A stretch of DNA of 64,000 nt. It comes from an uncultured Methanosarcinales archaeon. GTDB taxonomy: Archaea; Nanobdellota; Nanobdellia; Woesearchaeales; CAYVYK01. Location: NCBI GenBank assembly GCA_964455675.1, contig CAYVYK010000002.1, positions 7,791-71,790 of the forward strand, given 5' to 3'. The position numbers were made by a program, and so were the translations under genes. The notes below the pieces were generated by a model, which was not told where the DNA came from, searched no databases, and was given only the letters and a program-made list of their open reading frames with translations. Positions 1-9,529 of this stretch are shown here, one piece after another (the first letter of the stretch is position 1; the number at the start of each line of letters is the position of its first letter).

Positions 1-4
1 CAAC

Positions 5-1279
5 ATGTATACAGGAAAAATTAACGTCTTTTTGGGTTTTGCCTTTCTTCTTCTTGTATGTTTCATTTTTCTCCATTTTTTGGAATACCACACTTCCCGT
101 TGGTTTTATGTCCATATAACTATTGTTCTGAGTCTGATCGTGTTGACGCACATTCCTCAGGCTCTGTACCTGATACCTGTTTTGATAGTCTTAACAATAT
201 CAACTCACCGATGCACCCATCTTAAAACCCAAGATGCGTATCGATTCCTGATTGTAGGTATCCTCGTTCTAATAATCTGTGTTGATTTCCTTATGGTATT
301 CCTGAAAGCGTGGGTCCCCCATTATCCGTCTGCATTTTCCTTCGGTCCTCAGACGTTTTTTCAGCAAACAGTATACATGAACAATAATATCATGCTCACA
401 TTTGCACAGTATCAGCTTCCAGTCTGGGTGTGGATCATCATCGTAGCCGGAGCGATTCTCGCCCTATTTCAGGCGATCAAACAGCCAGACTCCAGAGTGT
501 TCCTTCTCTTTTTCATTCTAGTATTGATGTCTTTTATTGGCATTGTTAACAGTCGTTTTCTTGATTTGCATCGCATCTGGTATGTTTACTTTGCTTGTTT
601 TTTTGGATATTTTTTTCTGTTTATCCTCTCTCATGCTCAGAAAAAACTTAGGATCATTTCTGACTGGTGGATATACCCCCTGACCATCATTCTAGTTCTG
701 ATTGTGATCATCGGAAACAGAGGTGTTTTACACTCAGATCAAAATCTTTCTCGGGACTGGTCATTCCTGAGTGAAGCGCGAAAATACTTATCCGAATCAG
801 ACAAGATCCTAATTATCGTCCCTCGTGAGCATGATATGAATAAGTATTGGCACCTGCCATTACCAGTCCATATATGGGATAGCGCCATCATGAAACAGGA
901 TTTGATGGAGAAGCAAACGGTAGCAATGGATAGACTCCTCTTTGAGGGTTTTCGGGCACAGGAAGATTGCCAAGACATGGTGCTAGAACGAACCTCATTC
1001 CTGAACATTCATGATATGATAACAACGAGGGATATATGCAATGTCCGCAAACACAACCTGTGCGAATACTCCGTGCTGATATACATGGGTGATACTACTG
1101 GCGAATATAGCGACATGGTTGACGTGGAGTATATTGAACAATTTGCGAATAGTGTTGACTACATCCTTCAGGATTTGCAGACCAAGGGAAAGCTTCACTT
1201 CATGTATGTCGATGGAAATAATCTTGTGGGTAGATTGAATTTGACGAATGGTGAATGCAATTCAATGGAAGAAAATTAA
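5..1279 (+). CDS. Polytopic membrane protein with soluble C-terminal domain, possibly GT-C-like; may be 5'-truncated by the window edge
   Basis: About 8 hydrophobic segments in the first 240 aa, then a hydrophilic domain. The frame is open back to the window start. The family assignment is a guess. Confidence 0.5.
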   Translation: MYTGKINVFLGFAFLLLVCFIFLHFLEYHTSRWFYVHITIVLSLIVLTHIPQALYLIPVLIVLTISTHRCTHLKTQDAYRFLIVGILVLIICVDFLMVFLKAWVPHYPSAFSFGPQTFFQQTVYMNNNIMLTFAQYQLPVWVWIIIVAGAILALFQAIKQPDSRVFLLFFILVLMSFIGIVNSRFLDLHRIWYVYFACFFGYFFLFILSHAQKKLRIISDWWIYPLTIILVLIVIIGNRGVLHSDQNLSRDWSFLSEARKYLSESDKILIIVPREHDMNKYWHLPLPVHIWDSAIMKQDLMEKQTVAMDRLLFEGFRAQEDCQDMVLERTSFLNIHDMITTRDICNVRKHNLCEYSVLIYMGDTTGEYSDMVDVEYIEQFANSVDYILQDLQTKGKLHFMYVDGNNLVGRLNLTNGECNSMEEN

Positions 1280-1607
1280 GTACCATAGCACTGTGTTGAT
1301 CGGTGCCTATCTAGCTCTTATTCTTGTTGGGTGTATTGCGTTCTATCGTGAAAATAGTCTGACAGTCATAATCACGGTAACAAAAATGTTTTATCTCTTC
1401 TTCCTTCCTGGATATGCTCTATTGCTTCCCTTCGAGAAGAATCTTGATATCATTCCAAGAGTTATTTGTGCTCCGGTGATCTCTCTTTCCTGGACAGGAG
1501 TTATTCTCTATCTCGCGGGTTCCTTTGGGATAAAAATATACATCTTCCCTCTATTCATCCCAGCTCTTCTAATACTCTTTGGAATGTTCCTCGTATGGTT
1601 GAAATGA
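1248..1607 (+). CDS. Small membrane protein, DUF1616-like
   Basis: Four TM segments; LFFLPGYAL motif followed by RVICAPVISL. Confidence 0.55.
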   Translation: MVNAIQWKKIKYHSTVLIGAYLALILVGCIAFYRENSLTVIITVTKMFYLFFLPGYALLLPFEKNLDIIPRVICAPVISLSWTGVILYLAGSFGIKIYIFPLFIPALLILFGMFLVWLK

Positions 1608-1611
1608 GCGA

Positions 1612-2808
1612 TTACTTCTTAGTTAGTCTCCTTCCAACGATAACTATAACGACAATGGCAACGATCACCCACACGAGCCAATAATCCGCAAAGACTCCTC
1701 GGATAACGCTTTTTTCTCCCACCGAAAGAACTACCTTTGCTGTGTCCTGGAACTTCACTCCCTGGCTATCCTCAAAATCTAGGAGCACATCCATAACATA
1801 GGTACCGGGTGTTGCATCCTTGTCAATATTGACCGAGAATTCCACAGGTTCACGCTGCCCGACTTGGATCTCCTCAATGTATCGTGAGCTAGCGTCAAGA
1901 CTGAAGGGAAACTGTGGAAGCAGTCGAACTTTAATCTCGTGTGCGGTTTCGGTTCCGATATTTTGGATACCCAGTTTAAGCACTCGTCCATCTTGATTCG
2001 AATAAAATTTCTCCGATCCCTCATCCACAGCATTGAACATGGCTTTGGGGCTGACCTCGAGCTTATAGGTAAATGAGTTGGTATGACTCATTGAGTTCTC
2101 ATCGATGTATTGAAGTTCCAGCTTCAGCGGGTACGGGATGGCCTCTGCATTTTTTGGTACTTCGAATGCGAACTGCATGGTCCCTGATTGGTGTGGATTG
2201 AGTTGTGGAATAAGCGAGGTAGATTTTGACCACTTCACTTCAATTGGATCACTTGCAGATAGAGTCCCCGTAATTGCTCGAGCCTGAAAATCACCAGAGT
2301 TTTCCACGGTAAAAGTGATTGTAGCAACATCTCCTGGGTATATGTCAAGTGGCTGAGAGTCCGTGATAACCGCACGAATTTTTGGTCCTCCTTCAATATA
2401 GAGGTTAATCGTGCTCGTACTGCTGAACTGAACGAAAGTTATGGATTCGTAGTTACTTACTATCTTAATTGGGTATGTACCTGCAGTTGCAGAGGGATCG
2501 ACGCGTACGGGAAATTTGACGGTTGCTCTTCCAGTATCGCAAAGATCGCCAATGACGATCGTGCTAAGTCCCCTCATAACAAACGGATAGCTGACTTCGA
2601 GTGCAGATGTTACTGCACGCGCGCAGAGTGTTGGCTCAACGTTTGTCAGATTAACGACGAGCAAAAAATCCTTCCCTGCAGTGATCGGACCGTTTTCGAT
2701 TCCATAACTGGATACAACAATATTTGGTCGTGATATCGCCATTGCAGGCAGAGCTAGGATTGTTGCAAAAACACACATCAATACTACTGTTTTTAATGAT
2801 TTTTTCAT
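1612..2808 (-). CDS. COG1361 S-layer-domain / CARDB-like exported protein with C-terminal TM anchor
   Basis: Start moved to the ATG at 2808 (GGTGA RBS upstream; MKKSLK signal peptide). Three Ig-like repeats (PGDVATITFTVENSG; DATPGTY), then a C-terminal TM and RR. Last gene of the PadR-ABC operon. Confidence 0.75.
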   Translation of the reverse strand: MKKSLKTVVLMCVFATILALPAMAISRPNIVVSSYGIENGPITAGKDFLLVVNLTNVEPTLCARAVTSALEVSYPFVMRGLSTIVIGDLCDTGRATVKFPVRVDPSATAGTYPIKIVSNYESITFVQFSSTSTINLYIEGGPKIRAVITDSQPLDIYPGDVATITFTVENSGDFQARAITGTLSASDPIEVKWSKSTSLIPQLNPHQSGTMQFAFEVPKNAEAIPYPLKLELQYIDENSMSHTNSFTYKLEVSPKAMFNAVDEGSEKFYSNQDGRVLKLGIQNIGTETAHEIKVRLLPQFPFSLDASSRYIEEIQVGQREPVEFSVNIDKDATPGTYVMDVLLDFEDSQGVKFQDTAKVVLSVGEKSVIRGVFADYWLVWVIVAIVVIVIVGRRLTKK

Positions 2809-2818
2809 AGGTATCACC

Positions 2819-4441
2819 TTAATCGATTTCTCTTTTAAACATGAGGAAGCATCCTCCAAGTGCTATCGATAGGAATAAGAGCAGGATAAGTAAGTCAGGC
2901 AAAACAGTCGTTAGTGCCATACCCTTTATCATAACGCCGCGTAGCGCGTTTGCAGCGTAAGTGACAGGTAAAAATCCCGCGATAGTCTGAAGAGCATGGG
3001 GCATTGCTTGAATTGGGAGGAATGCTCCAGCAAGAAAAATAGTTGGCATACTGACGAGCATCGCGATTCCAAAATACTGCTGTTCCGTCTTTACAAGTGT
3101 TGAGAGAAACATGCCGATTGCGGTAGATACCGCTGAGTAGAGAATGATTATGACAAATACTGCGAGGATGCTGCCCTCAATTTTTATATTGAAGAATCCC
3201 ATTGCTGTCAGAATGATGTACGTTGATCGTACGATCTCAAAGAGCACATAGAATATGAGGGTTCCAAGAAGAATAGTAACATTCGATGTGGGTGTAAGAA
3301 ACACTCTTGTAAGGGATCCTTCTTTTTTCTCCCCGGCGATAGCGCGTCCCATTCCCATTACTGCTCCCTGGAATATGGTGAGTGCGATGATGCTTGGAAT
3401 GAGAAAGTCAATGGCTTTTTTTCCCGTCCCGTATGGGGGATTTTCTTCGTATCGCACGGGTTCAAGGAGAACTGAGGGGTCTTCTGCTGCAAATTGATGT
3501 ATGACTCTCATGGGACGCACAATATTATGCTGTATTGATTCATGTTGCTGCCTTCCTATCACAGCCTTCGCGTCTGCATCCAGGATACTTTCGGATTTCT
3601 TGAGCGTTGCAGTCACGTCTTCGACGATGATCGCCCCTCCCTGGAGCGATGCGATTTGGGCTTTTGCAGCAAGAAATGATGCAGATTCTGCAACATATGT
3701 AGCATTGATCCCATAGGATGTACCTGCCGTGATGATAAGTGGTATGGGATAGACAAGACCTCTCTCTTCGAGATCGGCATTGTACTCAAGGATGGATCCT
3801 GCGCTCTCGAGAAGAGCGAGCGACATCTGCAATTGAGGGACAATTTGTGGACTCGTACTTGGCGCGCTAACAGCGTATTCTCTCAGTGTCTCACCAGCTT
3901 CGGTAACCGAGCGCTGATATCGCAGAATCTTGTCCGTGGCTATCTGCTGTCCAAAGCTTGCAGTGATGTATTGCATTGTCTGTTTGGATACCGCAGATAG
4001 TGCAGAGTCGGAATCATCCACCATGACAGTAACATGTATGCGTCGTCCTTCTGCAACGTCCTTCCCTAAGTTTGGAGGGATAGCGATGACTACTTTTACC
4101 TTACCATCATCAAGAAGTTTTCTTGCCTCCTGCTCTGTGGAGACCATATACTTCACCGCAAATACTTCACTTGCTATGATGTTCTCCTGCAACTGTAATG
4201 ACACTGGCGAGTTGTCATAGGGTATAATTGCCGTCGGTATATGTTTGGGAGTATTTCCTGAAGTGTAACCAAAAATGAGGATCATCACGATTGGGAATAT
4301 CATGAGCGGAACAATCCTCGCTTGATCGCGGATTATTACGAGGAAATTTTTATGGATAATAGCCCCCATTTTTTTAAAATCGAGTAGTTTTTCAGATGAC
4401 CTTGTGCTCCTTTCCTTTCTAGTTATGGTTTTTCGTTTCAT
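2819..4441 (-). CDS. ABC-2 type exporter permease with large extracellular insert
   Basis: N-terminal TM, extracellular domain, then ABC-2 motifs (IAGEKKEGSLTRVFLTP; FLAGAFLPIQAMP). Confidence 0.9.
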   Translation of the reverse strand: MKRKTITRKERSTRSSEKLLDFKKMGAIIHKNFLVIIRDQARIVPLMIFPIVMILIFGYTSGNTPKHIPTAIIPYDNSPVSLQLQENIIASEVFAVKYMVSTEQEARKLLDDGKVKVVIAIPPNLGKDVAEGRRIHVTVMVDDSDSALSAVSKQTMQYITASFGQQIATDKILRYQRSVTEAGETLREYAVSAPSTSPQIVPQLQMSLALLESAGSILEYNADLEERGLVYPIPLIITAGTSYGINATYVAESASFLAAKAQIASLQGGAIIVEDVTATLKKSESILDADAKAVIGRQQHESIQHNIVRPMRVIHQFAAEDPSVLLEPVRYEENPPYGTGKKAIDFLIPSIIALTIFQGAVMGMGRAIAGEKKEGSLTRVFLTPTSNVTILLGTLIFYVLFEIVRSTYIILTAMGFFNIKIEGSILAVFVIIILYSAVSTAIGMFLSTLVKTEQQYFGIAMLVSMPTIFLAGAFLPIQAMPHALQTIAGFLPVTYAANALRGVMIKGMALTTVLPDLLILLLFLSIALGGCFLMFKREID

Positions 4442-5385
4442 TCATCACGGAGCTCCTTTTTAGTGAGATGAAGGAAGACTTCCTCGAGGGAATATTCCTT
4501 GAAACGTATTTCTCTGATATTGATCTTTCTTTTTCGAAAGAAGTCACTGATCATGTAGAACACATTCTCTTTTCCTTTTATGGTGAATGTAATGATCCGA
4601 CCGCTTGCATGCACACCATCCACATACCTCTCCTTCTTGAGGTCCCGTACGGCGTCGTGCATGTCTCGTATTGATTCCAGCTCAACCTCAACCTGCCCCT
4701 CATCACCCATTTGTCGTTTGATCTCTTGGCTTGTTCCAATCGCAATAATCTTTCCTTTATCCATGATTGATATGCGATCGCAGAGCTTGTCAGCTTCTTC
4801 CATGTCGTGCGTGGTATAAAGAACGGTCATTCCTTCACTATTCAGCTTTTTCGTCAGTTCCCGAATTGCTATTCTGCTTTGTGGATCTAGTCCGGTCGTT
4901 GGTTCGTCCATGAATAGCAGCTTGGGTTTGGACATAATTCCCGCAGCGAGGGACAGCCGCTGCTTCATTCCTCCGGAGAATACGCCTGAAATCCTGTTTC
5001 TATGCTCATAAAGTGAAACTGTTTTCAGAAGTATTTCTGTCCGATCGCGGATCAGCCTGTCCTCCATACCATACAACTTACCGATATACCCGAGATTCTC
5101 TTCAGCTGTCAACTCCGGAAATAAGGAAAAGACCTGTGGCACAACTCCAATGACAGACCGAACACCTGCGGGATTCTCTTGGATGCTGTGGCCAGCAATG
5201 CTTGCCATACCGGAAGTAGGTTTAATAAGAGTGGTGAGCATACTAATAGTGGTTGTCTTTCCAGCGCCGTTAGGCCCAAGAAAGCCAAAAATCTCTCCCT
5301 CCATGATATCGAGATTCATTGTATCAACTGCGGTAAACTTTCCCCACCTCTTGGTAAGCCCTCGTATTTCGAGTATTGCCGCCAT
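4438..5385 (-). CDS. ABC exporter ATP-binding subunit (DrrA-like)
   Basis: Walker A GPNGAGKT, signature FSGGMKQR, Walker B LLFMDEPT, H-loop TTHDM. Confidence 0.95.
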   Translation of the reverse strand: MAAILEIRGLTKRWGKFTAVDTMNLDIMEGEIFGFLGPNGAGKTTTISMLTTLIKPTSGMASIAGHSIQENPAGVRSVIGVVPQVFSLFPELTAEENLGYIGKLYGMEDRLIRDRTEILLKTVSLYEHRNRISGVFSGGMKQRLSLAAGIMSKPKLLFMDEPTTGLDPQSRIAIRELTKKLNSEGMTVLYTTHDMEEADKLCDRISIMDKGKIIAIGTSQEIKRQMGDEGQVEVELESIRDMHDAVRDLKKERYVDGVHASGRIITFTIKGKENVFYMISDFFRKRKINIREIRFKEYSLEEVFLHLTKKELRDE

Positions 5386-5874
5386 TTATAGCCTCCGGAT
5401 GCGGTCCGCAGTTTCAAGAATAGTCTTCCTGAATTCTGCACGCTTCTCCGGTTTCTTATTTGATTGCATGAATCTCATGACTGCTTCCCGGAGTTCTTGT
5501 ATAGCTTCTGCTTCTAATCCAATCTCTGTTCCCGCAGATCCTCCAAGGACTGTACGCTTGAAAGCTTCAATTTCAGACGGACCATGAACCTCCGAAAGTA
5601 TACGGACCATGCCTTTCAGAAATCTCTTTTTTTCTGATATCATATTCTGATATATTTTTTGACCTTTGGGTGTGAGGTGATAAATCTTCGACCTACCCAC
5701 AACAACCATCTTCACCATCCCTCGAGACTCAAGACCTGAAAGTAGAGGATACATGGTACCGGGCGAAGGTTTGGCGAGACCTGTATGCTCGTGATACAAG
5801 TTCATGAGCTGGTATCCGGAACGACCTCTTGTGTTAAGTTCCCTCAGCACAAACATTCGTAGGTATCCAAGCAT
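5386..5874 (-). CDS. PadR-family transcriptional regulator
   Basis: SGYQLM...PSPGTMYPLLSGLESRG...KIYHLTPKG. First gene of the operon. Confidence 0.9.
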   Translation of the reverse strand: MLGYLRMFVLRELNTRGRSGYQLMNLYHEHTGLAKPSPGTMYPLLSGLESRGMVKMVVVGRSKIYHLTPKGQKIYQNMISEKKRFLKGMVRILSEVHGPSEIEAFKRTVLGGSAGTEIGLEAEAIQELREAVMRFMQSNKKPEKRAEFRKTILETADRIRRL

Positions 5875-5876
5875 AT

Positions 5877-5908
5877 GTATCGCCTTACGATATATCGGAT
5901 TGCGATAC
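5877..5908. promoter_or_regulatory. Palindromic operator, probably PadR: two tandem TATCG-N5-CGATA boxes
   Basis: GTATCGC-ctta-CGATATATCG-gatt-GCGATAC is symmetric about 5892.5 and lies between the minus-strand TATA (TTAAATA, about 5909-5915) and the padR ATG. Confidence 0.8.
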
Positions 5909-6043
5909 TATTTAAGACTTATGGAGAGAAATCGATAGGTATGGCTGTGGAACAATGATCTGCAGAATTTGCCAGCTGCTTAAGTGCCAAGTACTGTGAT
6001 TTGATTCGTAAGGCTTATTAACTTAAAGAGGGCATAGTATTGC

Positions 6044-6490
6044 ATGAAACTCTTGGTCGTAATCCTGGCTTGCTTGTTATTACTCTCATGCACATCTCAA
6101 CCTGAGCTCATCATGACTTATGAATCATTCACGAGTGCAGAATTCGATATGTTACCATACGAAACGGTGATCATCACTCCAGAAGTGATAAATTTTACAA
6201 AGTATAGATCCGACGGTAGGATTATGACAAGGGTGATCTATGCATTGGATGAACAGGATTACAGGAATTTTGTTACAGGAATGCAGAAAAGTAGGTACTG
6301 GGAACTGAATGACACCTATCGCTATTCCGATGTTACAACTGCAATCCAAATGGCTACCATCACAGTGGTTGGCAACAATATGACGAAGACTGTGACAATC
6401 GAGCCATTATATCCTCCGGCGGTGTCTCCGGAGATACGGAAGATTTTAAACGTTTTTAGGTCCGCGGCCAACCTTGCAGAGGCAAACTAG
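6044..6490 (+). CDS. Putative lipoprotein of unknown function
   Basis: Lipobox-like signal MKLLVVILACLLLLSC; TATA-like TTATTAA upstream. Confidence 0.7.
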   Translation: MKLLVVILACLLLLSCTSQPELIMTYESFTSAEFDMLPYETVIITPEVINFTKYRSDGRIMTRVIYALDEQDYRNFVTGMQKSRYWELNDTYRYSDVTTAIQMATITVVGNNMTKTVTIEPLYPPAVSPEIRKILNVFRSAANLAEAN

Positions 6491-6502
6491 TACCGGATTC
6501 AT

Positions 6503-6874
6503 TTATGAACATATTGCCTGATACATTACGTCAGATAATAGTTCTGTACTTGCACAGTCAAACCTGCTTTGTTTCCAGAAGTATGCGTACCATCTCTTGT
6601 ATTGCACTCTACTGCAATGCAGGTTTTGAGACGTGCATGCATGATCCCCACTTACGAAATATGCTTGTTCTGGGGGATTCTGGATGGGAATAACTGCAGT
6701 CACAGCGGTGGAATCAGCAGGCTCATGGATAGCCTTTCCGATAACGATTTGATCTCGATTCCATCTAAAGAAATCTGTTCCACCCTCATCATATGCCCAG
6801 TCCCAAAAATCAGGTAAGTGTACAACGAGAACACAACAAATCACTAGTATGAACACACCTGTAGACCTCTCCAT
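6503..6874 (-). CDS. Small exported or membrane-anchored Cys-containing hypothetical protein
   Basis: N-terminal hydrophobic helix, four C-terminal Cys, TTTATA promoter upstream. Confidence 0.55.
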   Translation of the reverse strand: MERSTGVFILVICCVLVVHLPDFWDWAYDEGGTDFFRWNRDQIVIGKAIHEPADSTAVTAVIPIQNPPEQAYFVSGDHACTSQNLHCSRVQYKRWYAYFWKQSRFDCASTELLSDVMYQAICS

Positions 6875-6935
6875 TGGTAAACAACCAAATAGGAGTATTA
6901 TAAAAATATTTTCCTCTTTTGTGGAACGATAAGAT

Positions 6936-7721
6936 TCATACAGCGCTAACTACCTGGTAGGTCTGCGGCGTGTATTGTGATACATCCATGAGTGATTCAC
7001 GTGCAAGCACAACTCTTCCATCCTTCCGCTCATATTCTCGGTGGACACATTCTATTCCGTTTGCTCCAAGGCGGAAGTGAGCGGTCTCTTTCACACCATC
7101 CTTTGTTGTGTGAACTACCATTCCCATGCCAAGTTGCCCATACGCACTCTGCTTTATCATGAATCCTTCGACGTCGTGATTGCCTTGGTACGCGCGTGGG
7201 ATCTTCACGGCAAGCCGTGTTTTCGTACCTACTTTCTTCCCCTCGACTGGAATGCTTCCGTCTACCGAGATAAAATCTGCGGGAAGAGATTCCATGAGTT
7301 CTTGCTCATTGACTCGGACTTTCTTTACAGGATTATATTGTGATACACGGGTGACTCGGTGATTCATTCCGTCATACAGATACGCTCCGTCCGCGGCCCC
7401 TTCATCTTCGATACTTGTTCCATGATTGTTGAGCTGACCATCAAGATACTGGAACAGTTCTTCCTTGTGTGGAACCTCAACAAAGCCCTCAAGACCATCA
7501 TCATCGAGGACATCATCAGCCTTCAGACGATTAAGGAGGGTATTTCCGTTTGAGATGATAAGAACTCCACCGTAATGCTTGTTCTCCGCTCCCTGTCTGT
7601 AGGGAAGCCCCTTTGGTGATTGCACTCGTCCATCAACGACATGAGGCATACACTGTGGTACATTCCGAGTGAAATGGTACTCCACAAGTGCCGAGAACAT
7701 ATCCGCGCTGCGCATAGTCAT
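6936..7721 (-). CDS. Divergent DAC (DisA_N, diadenylate cyclase)-fold protein
   Basis: Ordered motifs HYGGVLII, ADGAYLYD, VGTKTRLA and FMIKQS resemble the DAC motifs GALIV, DGA, GTRHRAA and VIVVSE. Confidence 0.5.
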   Translation of the reverse strand: MTMRSADMFSALVEYHFTRNVPQCMPHVVDGRVQSPKGLPYRQGAENKHYGGVLIISNGNTLLNRLKADDVLDDDGLEGFVEVPHKEELFQYLDGQLNNHGTSIEDEGAADGAYLYDGMNHRVTRVSQYNPVKKVRVNEQELMESLPADFISVDGSIPVEGKKVGTKTRLAVKIPRAYQGNHDVEGFMIKQSAYGQLGMGMVVHTTKDGVKETAHFRLGANGIECVHREYERKDGRVVLARESLMDVSQYTPQTYQVVSAV

Positions 7722-7722
7722 G

Positions 7723-7742
7723 AGTATAGGTTTACCTATACT
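7723..7742. promoter_or_regulatory. Perfect inverted-repeat operator candidate AGTATAGGT-TT-ACCTATACT
   Basis: 9-bp perfect arms lie between the minus-strand TATA (TTTAAG) and the ATG at 7721. A second near-palindrome, TGTAGAATTTTACA, is at 7757-7770. Confidence 0.65.
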
Positions 7743-7822
7743 TAAATCTTTTTATCTGTAGAATTTTACATTTATCCAATTTTAGCAATAAATATATATA
7801 ATAGTAAAGTATCAGTATTTAA

Positions 7823-8890
7823 ATGAATACTATTGACCGGAATCTGCTCTTCTTAGCGTCAGAAAATTCCAGGTGGAAAATAAAGGAGATGGGGGTTCTG
7901 CTAAAAAAGAGTTCACAACTGACGAAGTACTCTCTTGAGGCCCTGAAGAAGGAAGAGATTCTATACAAGCCGTATTGCGTCTTGGATTACTCATACCTTG
8001 GTCTAACTCTCTTTCGTGTCTACTTCCGAGGAGCCTACATCACAGAAAATGATAAGAATGAGGTTCTTCAGGTCCTACAGGATAATCCGTATGTTGTGGC
8101 GATATATGAACTTTCGGGGGAGTTCGATCTTGTTATTGAGATGCAAGCACCTAATCCTTCCAGGTTCAATAAGGAGCTTAAAAAACTAGGTACTCAGCGT
8201 CAGAGTCTCAATAACTACAAGGTGGTGCTGAATGTGGTAACTCATCTTTATGTTAGAGCATATCTGCCTAGCGACAATCAATTAGTCACATTGTTCCCTG
8301 AAGAGATCGTGGTTGGAGGGGATCGTCAGTTACAGGATTTTGATGGGCAAGAAAGAGCAGTTATCAGCGCGATTACAAATAATCCGCTCGCACGTCTAAC
8401 AACATTAGCTAAACTCGCTAACTTGAATGTCAAGACGGCAGCAAAAGTATTCTCACGTCTTCAGCACCGAAGATTGATTAGAGGATTTCAGTATCTTGTC
8501 AGAATCGACAGATTGGGAATCGCAAAATTTCGCCTGTTTCTCAAACTTCACAATCAGACACAGAACCGAGACACAGATCTCCTCAATTTCATGCTCCACA
8601 CAATGGAGATTGTTCAACTGAACCGTACCGTGGGTGACTGGGATATGGAGATTGATATCGAGAGTTATGATCGTGTGCGTGTCCGCGAGCTCATTCGCGA
8701 GATAAGAGAGCAGTTTAAGGACTTAATCGAGACTTTTAACATTCTCGAACTTTTTGACCGCTATAAGAGAGTATATCTCGCCGAGTACTGTCTCCAACAG
8801 CTTATGGACAAGAAGTCATTAGAAGAAGGTCACATAGAGGTGGGTAAAGAAATGAAACCCACATCCATAACTGATGTACACCATTTATAA
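7823..8890 (+). CDS. Tandem (duplicated) Lrp/AsnC-family regulator
   Basis: Two HTH+RAM units: ENSRWKIKEMG...ELSGEFDLVIE and NPLARLTTLAKLANL...RTVGDWDMEIDIE. Confidence 0.85.
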   Translation: MNTIDRNLLFLASENSRWKIKEMGVLLKKSSQLTKYSLEALKKEEILYKPYCVLDYSYLGLTLFRVYFRGAYITENDKNEVLQVLQDNPYVVAIYELSGEFDLVIEMQAPNPSRFNKELKKLGTQRQSLNNYKVVLNVVTHLYVRAYLPSDNQLVTLFPEEIVVGGDRQLQDFDGQERAVISAITNNPLARLTTLAKLANLNVKTAAKVFSRLQHRRLIRGFQYLVRIDRLGIAKFRLFLKLHNQTQNRDTDLLNFMLHTMEIVQLNRTVGDWDMEIDIESYDRVRVRELIREIREQFKDLIETFNILELFDRYKRVYLAEYCLQQLMDKKSLEEGHIEVGKEMKPTSITDVHHL

Positions 8891-8988
8891 GTTAGAACGT
8901 GACGGATTATATTCATCATGCAAGAAAAGACAACTGAAAAGAGGACCAAACCCAAAAGGATTTATAGGATCTCTCCATAACAGGAATA

Positions 8989-9483
8989 ATGAAACATTCG
9001 ATTATCCATCGGCACCGATTAATTGCTTCAGAGGTAAGGGGTCGGATTCTTGACGTTGGTTATGCTCAGGAGCCAAATCCATTTCTAAAAGATGTTGATG
9101 GCATTGACCTTCGAAAGATACCAAAGCCCGCTAACTATGTGAGAACATTTGCTGCAAATTTTGAAGAACCAAAGAAATATGGCGCATACGATAGTATTAT
9201 CCTCGGTGAAGTGATCGAACACGTGTGGAATATTGGGTCTTTCCTGGACAATGCACACCAAAACCTGAAAGCAGGCGGGATCCTTATCGTTACAACACCC
9301 GATCCGTACTATTGGAGGACTATGCTCCTCAACTTCTTTAACGTTAATTATCGTGATGATCCAACGAATAAAGTGTTCATTAGTAGGAAGGAGATGCGAC
9401 GCTTGCTCGAAGGTAAAAAATTTCAGGTTCTTAAAGAAAAGGCGATGGGCTACAGGTTCTTGATTAAAGCCAAGAAATTGTGA
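8989..9483 (+). CDS. Class I SAM-dependent methyltransferase
   Basis: ILDVGYA; YDSIILGEVIEHV; LKAGGILIVTTP. Confidence 0.85.
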   Translation: MKHSIIHRHRLIASEVRGRILDVGYAQEPNPFLKDVDGIDLRKIPKPANYVRTFAANFEEPKKYGAYDSIILGEVIEHVWNIGSFLDNAHQNLKAGGILIVTTPDPYYWRTMLLNFFNVNYRDDPTNKVFISRKEMRRLLEGKKFQVLKEKAMGYRFLIKAKKL

Positions 9484-9529
9484 TAGCACAGATCACATTA
9501 TTATAGGATGGAATATATCAGTATTTTCC

